A stretch of DNA of 63,289 bases, counting the filler, from Hausera hauseri (Eukaryota), in assembly GCA_046269625.1 (NCBI GenBank). It is 10 parts of 10 records of this genome, joined end to end, with 100 filler letters (N's around TTAATTAATTAA, not from the genome) between each part and the next. Parts side by side here need not be neighbours in the genome. Positions count along the whole stretch, not along the records: positions 34,102 to 39,431 come from JBJURY010278063.1; positions 39,532 to 45,864 come from JBJURY010111876.1; positions 45,965 to 50,174 come from JBJURY010698993.1; 7 more parts are not named here. One strand, given 5' to 3'. Below are positions 37,618 through 47,175 of the stretch, piece by piece. A program made the translations under genes and the position numbers. How positions within the stretch are numbered: position 1 is the first letter of the stretch; every line of letters starts with the position of its first letter. A model generated the notes under the pieces. That model was not told the DNA's origin, did not search any database, and worked only from the letters and a program-made list of their open reading frames with translations.

Positions 37618-38680
37618 TTAAATACTATTGTCCTCACTTAATCCGAGTTGTGTCCTATACATCGATTTTAGGGGTGTGTATTTTATTACGTTGTCTTTAG
37701 CTACAGTTAGGACGTTTTCTAGTTTGTCGAAGGATAATTTGACATCTATAATATAGATGTGTTTATCTTTTTGTACTACAATGTCAGGTACATAGACTGT
37801 ATCTTTGCAGTGGTGCCTTTTTTCACGGGCAACGTTAAGTCCTATCGATATTAGAGTTTCTGTAAGTAGCTCTAGAATTTGATCGTGCCTATAGGTAATT
37901 AATAGTTCATGGTTCCTACAATTGTTGAGTACATGCGGTTCGCTTTCCTTATCCGCATGACATAGGCGACAGAGTCTACTGAGACCTAGCCATTCCCTGA
38001 AGGACCTATGGTTTAGGGGAAGTAGATTGTTCCTGGCGAGGTATGCAAATCTCCATGCGTCAAGGCTGAGAGCAATTGAGACATCACTATGTTGGAGAAT
38101 CTATGTAGTGCTAGGATATCTGCGCACTTGTCTTGGACGTGCCTTTTACATTTTTATTTTTAGTGCTATCTAGATTTGTTTGGGTTTTCGATGGAGAACG
38201 TCATTCCTCAAAGTAGTAAGTATGAATTAGTTTATGCCGTTACTTGTAACACTTGTCTGCATCGCAGGGTAGGATTTTAATATCTTGTCCTGGTCTTCGG
38301 ATCGTTAAAACTATTATGTCATCGGCATCAAGCTCGAAGTTAGCATTGATGCCTTTTGTACGGATATGTTTGATTGATCCTCTTATGCTGGGGTTGAGGT
38401 GGAGGCTGAAGGACAATAGGTCTTTGGATTGCAGGAAAAGTGTGATAGTGTGACCAGGAGTATGGAAGTGGTAGTTCAGGGAAGTAACCTCCACCGGACA
38501 CAGAAGAGACACATCTGGTGACTTTAACGGGCCTGAATTTGGTGCGCAGAAACTGAGCGTACAGAGTTAAGATAAGCGATCTTATATTGATTAATTTTTG
38601 TTTATGTAGATATTTCCTAAGTAGAGAATATATACATTCTGCCGAATCAAATGAGTACCTACAGTTTGCTATATGGTAAC
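37618..38680 (-). mobile_element. NeSL/R2-type non-LTR retrotransposon remnant (RT fragment, CCHC knuckle, restriction-like endonuclease)
   Basis: Open frame 38100-37618, absent from the ORF track: WRFAYLARNNLLP, CRLC....ESEPHVLNNC, RHDQI, PDIVV...IIDVK, K....KY. The upstream LDADDIIVL is a YADD-like motif. Confidence 0.85.
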
Positions 38681-38716
38681 TGATAAGTTCAATGGCAGCT
38701 ACAGGCTTTCGGAGAA

Positions 38717-39431
38717 ACTGCACGCGAAATCCAGCATCACGAAGTGGAAGAGCAGGTCCGAAAACCCTTACTCGACCACCGGCTCGCAGATTTCGCGTGA
38801 GTGCAGTATTGGCCAAGGTCCTAGTTATTCCTATATACGAGAGCCAAATGTCCTGGTCAAGGTAACTAGCATAATCAGGGCGTATGGCCAGGACAAGGGG
38901 CTCAAGGGTAAAGATTTTAGTGCAAATTGTTTTGTGGCCTATTGTAATAATAAAATTTATCTTTATATTTATCTTAAAACTTACTCCGAAAGCCTCTATT
39001 CTTCTTTTTTTAATGTTTCAGAAAGGGTACTGACGACACAACAGTACCCTATCTTAGATTCTAGTTTAGTGACTAATATATTGTTTCTACGACACTGCAC
39101 GCGAAATCCAGCATCACCAAGTGCAAGAACAGGTCCGAAAACCCTTACTTGACCATCGGCTAGCAGATCTCGCGTAAGTGTAATATTCTTATTGTATTTC
39201 TTTAATGTTTCAGAAAGGGTACTGACGAAACAACAGTACCCTATCTTAGATCTTAGTTTAGTGTCTAATAAGGCGTTGCTACGACACTGCACGCGAAATC
39301 CAGCACCACCTGATGGAAGATCATGTCCGAAAACCCTTACTCGACCATCGGCTGGCAGACCTCGAGTGAGTGCAATATTGGCCCAGATCTTAACTATTCC
39401 TATATACGAGAGCCAAATGTTCTGGCCAAGG
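38717..39431. repeat. Three partial copies of a roughly 190-240 bp repeat
   Basis: ACTGCACGCGAAATCCAGCA...GTCCGAAA(A)CCCTTACT near 38717, 39094 and 39285. Copies 2 and 3 share the hairpin AGGGTACTG-N9-CAGTACCCT. Confidence 0.9.
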
Positions 39432-42400
39432 NNNNNNNNNNNNNNNNNNNNNNNNNNNNNNNNNNNNNNNNNNNNTTAATTAATTAANNNNNNNNNNNNN
39501 NNNNNNNNNNNNNNNNNNNNNNNNNNNNNNNGTACTCCACGACAAAGTAAACACGTGATCAGACAGATGTGCCTTTTTTTATATTTACCCTCATCTTTGT
39601 CGTGCCTTCATTGGTCCGGTGAAATCAGTCCCAACTTTGTCGAAGGCTTTCAGCGGTAGTTGTATTCCGAATGCCAGTAATGGTGCCCCTACCGATTGTA
39701 TTCCTTCGCATTTGATCTCCTGCAAGTCATACAATAATTTTGATAAGCCTTGACAGTTTCTTCATCCTGGGGAACCAGTACTTACTACTTAACTCAGCGA
39801 CTTGATGGTTGACTCCCGCCGCATGTCGTAAATTTAAATCATTGTCCTCAATGATTAATTTTGTTACAATGCTCTTCGAAGACAGTATTATAGAATATTT
39901 TGGCTCCCATTTCAACCAAGAGGTTATCATCAAGCGACTACATGATCTCAATACCCCTTTGTCGTTTAAAACAAGGTTAGACTTTGCAATAGCACGTCTG
40001 ACACTGATACCCTCCATGGATCATAATTTCTCTAATTTCTGTATAAAATTCCTTTTCTTGGTCCTCCTTTATTATTTCCAATTTTGCCTTCCTTCTTAGC
40101 TCTACCTTGCTTAGATTATTATTCGCCTCTTTCTGTGCCATTTCCTTAATCTTTTGTCTAACTACTCCTTCCCAACGGGATTCTACGCCTTGTTTGATGT
40201 TATCTACATTATCCTGTCTTCGATATTATCCTTCCATCGCATTATTTCTCAAGGACATCAATGTGAAGGTGACGTTTCTCCTTTCCGCATCCTTCGGCCT
40301 CGTTAGTTCTTTTGGTTGAATTGGCCATTAGTCTTCTGTCTTTCTGAGGAACTCCGGACCATTCCACCATTCTATTTTGTCTCGTAGCTCATCAATACCC
40401 AGTCTCCTAGACAGGTAGTCCTCTGGGTTGTGTTCTGATCTCACATAATTCCATTGTCTCCCGGTCGTTTCTTCTTGGACAAATCCCACTATGTTGGCAA
40501 CGAATGTTTTGTAATTCTTACTGAAACCTTTTATCCAATACAGTACGTTTGTGCTATCCGTCCAGTACTGTATATCCTCCTTCTTGTTGCACAGAGTCCT
40601 TCCCACATTTCTCCCCAGCTTGACTCCTATACAAGCTGCCATTAATTCCAATCTTGGTATGGCGACAGACTTTACCGGTGTCACCTTACCTTTTGAGCAT
40701 ATGATTACTACTTTAATTTCTCCTTCCACTATAGATCTCAAATACGCGACCGCCTCATACCCCAATCTAGAGGCGTCTCAAAAAATGTGCACCTTACTAT
40801 CGTCGCCCTCCTCAAAATGCAAATATCTTGGCACCTTTATTGTGCTCAAGTTCTCCATTCCTTTTACCCATGTCCTTATTTTCTCGCTCAATTGCTCGGA
40901 GATCTTTTCGTCCCAATCTACATTCATAATCCACAGTTGCTACATGAATATTTTACCTAACAATGTGTAGCAACTGATAAAACCTAGCGGATCGAACAAT
41001 TTTGCTAATGCGCTTAATAATGGTCTTTTTTTATTTCCGTCCCTTGTTTGTAGTGGTCCTCAAACTCAAATCTATCATCTTCAATCTTCCACTTCATCCC
41101 TAATGTCTTGGTAACCACGTCCGTTTTTCCCGATTTGCTAAATTCCTTTGCTCGACTTGTGGCAGGCATTATATTCATCAATTCATTTGAATTCGACGCC
41201 CACCTGTGTAGTTCCATCCCGGCCTTTTTCCAAATCTCGTTCAGCTCATTATATAACGAAGCAGCTTCCTTTTCGGTGTCGACGAAATCGATTCAGTCGT
41301 CCATGTATGTAGAATACTCTATCGTCTCTACGGCTCTAGGGAATCTATCTCTAAATTTTTCGGCATTATGCCTCGAGATCAGTTGTGCCAGAAATGGGAG
41401 GTATTCAGTCCAAATACCAACCGATTGAACTCATAGGTCTTGAGTTTCCCATCTTTACACCACAGAAACCTCAGATATTTATTATCTTCTTGTTTTATTT
41501 TGATCTGCAGGAACATTTCTTGTATATCACACACTACCACCCATGGTCGTTTCCTCATCATTATTATAATATCTACGATATCTAGTTGTAGTTTTGGACC
41601 GGGATCCAGAAAATCGTTTAAACACTTTCCTCGACATCTCGTAGCAGCATCGAAAACTATCCGGCATTTTGTGGTCGCCCTGTCGGTTTTCGTAACCGGA
41701 AAGTGTGATAACAACCGAGCTGTCTCTTGCTCCTCTCGCTCCTCCACCACTCGTATATACCCTTCTTTCGTGTGTGCTTCGATTACCTTCTCATAGGCTA
41801 CCTTTGTCTTCTCGTCTTTATCTAACTTGTTCTCTAGAATTTCTAGCCTCCTTTTTGCCATCCATTCATTGCTTTCCATTCCTGGTTGTTTCCTTCCCTT
41901 CCACGGCAATGGCACACATTATCTATTTTCCTCGTAAGTCGTTTCATCTAGTATACTCTTCACTGTTTCCTCGTCTTGTTCAGACCTCTCAGACTCTTTC
42001 ACATCCATATTAAACTCGACCTCCCATAATCGGTTCAAGTCATTTTGAATTTCTTCTGTCCTTGTCCAAAAGACCCTCACAAAATTGCTATTTATAATTT
42101 TCCTTCCCTTTTTTATTTGTCCTACACAGGTCCAACCTAACGGGGTTAATCGCGCCACCGGCGCACCCCTTTTACCGTATACCTCTTTGATTGATCTGTA
42201 TAATTCTATAAAATTCGCCCAAATGATCCCATCCACTTCCCACCTGTGTGACATCTTGGGGAACTTTAAATCCTTCAAGTGTGGCCATCTTTGTCTTTCT
42301 ATAAACCAATTCACTGCCTTCATCCTTCCGGTTGGATTTCTCATAGCCAACGCTTCGAATTTAACTTCCATTGACCGTTCCCTATTTAGTAAAACCATTT

Positions 42401-42901
42401 TAACCCTATCGATAGACATCTTGGTCTGTTTTCTTCCGACGACTGTTATCGTCAGTCTTTCTGTCTTCTTACCGACACCCAATTCTTCACACAGTTTTGA
42501 ATCGACGAAGCTCTCGGTACTAGCATCGTCCAACAGCATTATTGCTTTCTTCATTCTATTCCCATTCTTTAACCATACTTCCAGCGTCCTTAGAGCTTTC
42601 TTTTCTTGTTCACTTGCTTCCGGAGAACCTTGGGTCACATAAGCTCTAACACCCTTTTGTTTATTTTGTACCTCCTTTCCTTTTTCGATTTTTGACGTCC
42701 GTGGTATTGACTCCTCTGTTGTTGTACCCACCATATGTCCACCTAAATTTTTAATTTCTCGCTCCATTTTCCCCTATTATCGTCATTTTTATCCAACTCC
42801 TTATTACCAATTTTTATGTAGGAATTTACAATTATTGCCATATTTACACTCTCCTTTTTCGTAGTACCAACATGTCCTTTTTGTTCATTTTTACTCGGTT
42901 G

Positions 42902-42961
42902 ATGTAAGTATTTACAGTTTTCTCCGAACTGGCAATGACCGTTCTTTTCATAATTCCAACA
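42902..42961 (-). other. CCCH zinc finger in BEL Gag
   Basis: CWNYEKNGHCQFGENCKYLH is C-x8-C-x5-C-x3-H. Confidence 0.9.
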
Positions 42962-44063
42962 TCTCTGGGACCGATCTTCGCGTTGTATATTGGGGCGGTT
43001 AGACTGAATCCCTTTTTTAACCTCTCGATCATTTATTTTAGACTTTGTTTTCATATTCTCTCTTTACAGCATGCGATCCTTTTGTAAAGTACGATCTTCT
43101 ACCTTCTACCGATGAATATCGACCACCTTGACATATGTTAAACGTTTCTACCCCTCTTATTCTCTCTATGGTATTCCTTCTGACCATTGCTTCTATTTCA
43201 ATTCAATTCGTCAAGTCTATGACGGTCCTACCGAACTTTTTTTCAATGACATGTCTTCCCCATAGTGGTACAGTTGATTCCGGGAGCTTCTCCACGAGGC
43301 TTTGGTACAATAGTCCTCCACTAAGTTCTTCGGTTCTCCCTAGATTCTTCAGTCTTACAATTATCCCTTCCAATAACGCCACAAATTCGTCCAGCCCTTT
43401 GATGTCTTCCTCCTCTATCGCCCGGAACCTTATGACTTCGGTCATGAACGCTGCATAGCAACGTTGTTCACCCCCATAATAGGAATCTAATTTCTCCAGA
43501 GATGCCTTGTAGCCTTCTTCAGATAAGTCGAAGTTTTCTATTAGTCTTTTCGGCTCGTCATACAAACATTGATTCAGTTGCAGTTGCTTATATATTTCCG
43601 ACATTGGGATTGTGTGGATACAAGTGTCAAAGGTCCTTTTCCATTTATCGCATTCTGTAACTACCCCCCCCCTCCCGAACTTCGACAACTCTAATTTTTG
43701 TAACTTTGGTAATATTACCGTTTCCCTTTTCTCCTTTTCAGACCTTCCGTTGGCGGTCATCATTTTATTTTCCCTTGAGCTTCTCTCGTAGTTGATTGCA
43801 TTTCGTTCTGGTCATCCAGCTTCTCTATATCATTTTCCAATATTGTGAGGTTCTCCTTTTTCCTCAACTTTCTTGCTGCGGTAGCTAATATACACAGCTT
43901 ACCTTGAAGCTCGGTAAATGCCTTGTCATATTTTTGGTGATACACTTCATATTCTTGATCACTCAGGTTTGCATCCATCAACTTTCTTCGAATTGTTGAG
44001 ATCATTGATAAACTTACGTTGTTCAGATAGCCTTTCCTCTAGTTATTCTGCAGTCAACTCGCT

Positions 44064-44291
44064 TCCGCCCTTTAACCGCAACTGTAAATGAATGGTCACA
44101 TCTCTTTGAATATTGTATTCACTAAGTTTTCTACCGTTCTTCAGTTGTGTCCCATTATATACCAGCCGTTGTTGGTCTGTCGGGATTCCTTCTCTTTCCT
44201 CGACAACCGACTTCAATATTTCTACTTTATGCGACAAGTTTATAGCCGTCGCAATTATTTTTCCTGAAATTGTTTTGAAAAAGACCGTCGG
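44064..44291 (-). other. Ubiquitin domain (76 aa) in the N-terminal part of BEL Gag
   Basis: Aligns without gaps to ubiquitin, 37/76 identical by my count. EGIP.DQQRL, LS.YNIQ, HL.LRLKGG. Confidence 0.95.
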
Positions 44292-44920
44292 ATCCTCTCC
44301 TTCTGCTTTAGCTGCTTTTTGTGCCAAACCCCCGAAGCCGGGTTCCTCTCTTTCATTCCTCCTAACTGGCTCTCGCTTCAATTGTGACTTGTCCTCATCG
44401 GATTTACTATCATCAATAAATTACATTATCTTTCCTGATTTTACACTACCAATTTGTGGTTTTTGTCCGGCCATTTTGACTTGATCCTCGTCAACATTGA
44501 ACCTGGGATATCTTATGATTTCCCACAATTTGTTTAACATTTTGAGCAGCTTGTTTCGAACAAGAACCTTTCAAAATGTTTTCTTTTCCAGTCAGTGTCC
44601 CACGATTTTATCCATTGATGTCTATCCTCTTCCCGCCTAGAGGTATAGACACCAGGATTCTTTCCTTTTAAATCTTTACCGCCCTCTGCTCAAGATCCCG
44701 TAAATCCCGATTTTAGCGTCGCCTCTGCGAAATAGTCACGATATTTTATTTTATTCACTTCACAGTAGCTACTCATCGTGCATATTTCACATGAGGTACC
44801 CGCTTTTATTTCAACATTCAAACGGAATGAATAAGTTCCGAAAACAAGAAGACAGACATGGATACTTCGAAAGACTAATGCTTCACGTGGTCTGTGCCCG
44901 CGGATCACGATGCAGAGCAC

Positions 44921-44939
44921 AAACCACGCTCTGCTACCA
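44921..44939 (-). promoter_or_regulatory. Primer-binding site complementary to the 3' end of initiator tRNA-Met
   Basis: TGGTAGCAGAGCGTGGTTT, upstream of gag on the coding strand. Confidence 0.85.
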
Positions 44940-46076
44940 ACAAATGGAAACTTTATATAGAAACTATACGTTATATTCCTTTCGATGTTATTTTTCCCTT
45001 CGCCCAAATAATACACCTCATTTATAAAATCGCGTCGTATATGTCTCTTTATAAGTTTCTCTCTGGGCCCATTTCCCTTCAAACCCTTTTGTTTTGATAC
45101 TGATCTACTTCGTTGATCACGCTTGATTGTCCAAAAGATGTACCTTCCAACCAACTCATTTCTTATTCCATCCGCCTTGACCTCCCCGTTCTCAAGCTTC
45201 ATTCTTCCCTTCTTCAGTTCCTCTAGTTCGGTTTGACCAATGCATATAACTCCCTCCTTAACTACAGAATCAAACTCCATTATGATTGCACATACCCCAT
45301 CAGTCACTAACATAAACACACATGCACTCACACTTCGCTTGCAACCTCCGCCGACATCCCCAAGACAAGATAAAGGGAAACAATAAAAATGATTATAATG
45401 AACAATATCTCCAAACTTATACAGTATCTCAAGTTCGTTCTGACGGCTACCAGCATCACATAAATAACTATACCTCATCACTGAGAGATCACTGAACAAA
45501 TTCTTTCCCAACGAGGTTCGCGAGTCCCACCGACAGGTCCATAATGAAAGTCTCAAGGCAGTCGAGTAATTTTGAAAATCACGTCATGAATAGTCATATC
45601 TAGCATATACCTTGGTTGGATGAGCAGTAAATTGATACATGTCATCTCCGGAAATCAACTTTTATTGTAATGGTGGTCTCGAAGAATATTGTCTATCTCA
45701 TTTTTGACACAGGCTCAATCGCTTGCTCGACGTATCTGAATTCCAGAAATGGGTCATATCATTATGGTTGGTATCAAATTCATCCCTTGTCTTCATCGAA
45801 TAGGCAACTGGTTTACCAACGTCATATAACTTATCAAAGTTTTCCAAAGGATTCTTATTTTAGANNNNNNNNNNNNNNNNNNNNNNNNNNNNNNNNNNNN
45901 NNNNNNNNTTAATTAATTAANNNNNNNNNNNNNNNNNNNNNNNNNNNNNNNNNNNNNNNNNNNNATTTCCCTACCTATAACTTTTTTGTGTAACTTAGTT
46001 TTTGGACAACACTTTTTCCCACCTACCTCATTCTGAGTAATGAGAAAACAAAAGTTCACACCAAACTTTTATTCTT

Positions 46077-46592
46077 TTATATAGTACAATTACTACTACT
46101 AGTACTACTAAATCTTTCGAGTCTATTCGGATTACAAAAATCACAAGGATTAACCAATTCCGGAGAAGAAAAATGATCGAGACGGTTGGAATTAATCATA
46201 TTGTGATACTGCTTCAAGCAAATTTCATCTGCTGACTGCCACGTATGAATGTAATCCGTCTGAATACTACCACTACGTTTGACAAAATCGGCCATAAATT
46301 AATGAGGATTATTATTATCGTCCAACGTCGTCGTCGTCGTCGTTGTCATCGTCATTTTTCCACCAAATGTGCAAAAATTCTTACTATATAAAAATTCTAT
46401 ATCACCAACAACCTGCTTCATATAGCGTAAGTAGGGTTCTCGTGCCCTGTATTTCTTCTCAGTAAGTAGAAGTAGCTCGTCCGGAGACAAATATCGAGCA
46501 CTGTCCAAAGGTCGATCGAGATTGTACAGGTAGCTCCGAAGACCGTCGAATGAGTGGTATAAGCTAATGAGTTATGTCGTCAAGTGAGACAT
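46077..46592 (-). CDS. Two short tandem orphan ORFs of the polB element (46295-46077; about 46592-46299 with one internal stop)
   Basis: Packed 3 nt apart. TATAAATA about 38 nt upstream of the ATG near 46592, and AATAAA just after the last stop. No recognisable homology. Confidence 0.4.
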
Positions 46593-47175
46593 TGTATAAT
46601 CTTATGTGAGGAGAAGCACAAGTATTTATATTGCAATGTAGCTTGAACACACAATAAAAAATACGTATCGAAATTATATATTTGTGGTTAAATGCGGTCA
46701 ATCAACTTTTTCATTACAATACAAAGCGAAGCAGTAAATACAAATCCAATGAAGAAATTAATACGTCGTTGTTGTTGTTGTCGTTTTAGTCTCATTTCAT
46801 CCCCGATGCGTTTTACGAACGGAGATCTGACTATAAATACAATATATTCTCGCCTGCTCTTTATTCTCGTTTCTGACAGCTCTCACAGGTACTGAACATC
46901 AAACACATAGCCGGTCAAAATATCATTGGTCAATCTATGAATTTCACTTTCTATGTACTCTTCTATTTGTCTGTTGGTTTTTACTTGAGTGACATTGAGT
47001 GCTGAATATTTATAATCGCCCTTAGACCACCACCATTCCACCCCACCATAAAAGTAGTGTTTATTTTATTTAAAGTATTAATAATTTAATATATTTTACG
47101 CTGACTTTAATTCATTTCTCATTCAGAATTGCAAACATTATCCCGTGTATTGCGTATCACGCATAAACACAGATC

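Larger units (their letters stand above)
39532..45356 (-). mobile_element. BEL/Pao LTR retrotransposon, decayed (ubiquitin-gag, protease, RT, RNase H, integrase start)
   Basis: DUF1759-type Gag (LPKL.KL...KF, Y...L.KL...YG). Protease LLDDAS..SFV. ARLTPLGWT. RT HFPV.K.DR.TTKCRIVFDA, DI.EMFLQI, YMDD. RNase H DAS..GY.AVAYLR, IPRLELMAA, WTDS.NVL.WI. Integrase VGTDF.GP. The 5' limit is approximate. Confidence 0.95.

Noticed and set aside
39216-39335. Hammerhead-like words (CTGACGA..., CTGATGG...GTCCGAAA)
   Set aside because: CTGACGA sits inside the hairpin with no stem II. The second lacks the full CUGAUGA core and is not conserved in the other copies.
44039-44045. TAA-CTAG after the ubiquitin domain as programmed readthrough
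   Set aside because: The CUAG context is known mainly for UGA, and this element has many other random stops, so decay is the simpler explanation.
40454-44484. Long plus-strand Ser/Phe/Leu-rich ORFs over the BEL element (and similar ones over myosin)
   Set aside because: Antisense shadows of purine-rich coding strands.
44690-45556. 288-aa ORF upstream of BEL gag as an extra gene
   Set aside because: It runs through the presumed LTR and the PBS and has no recognisable motifs. Only its last 28 or so codons may be the true gag start.
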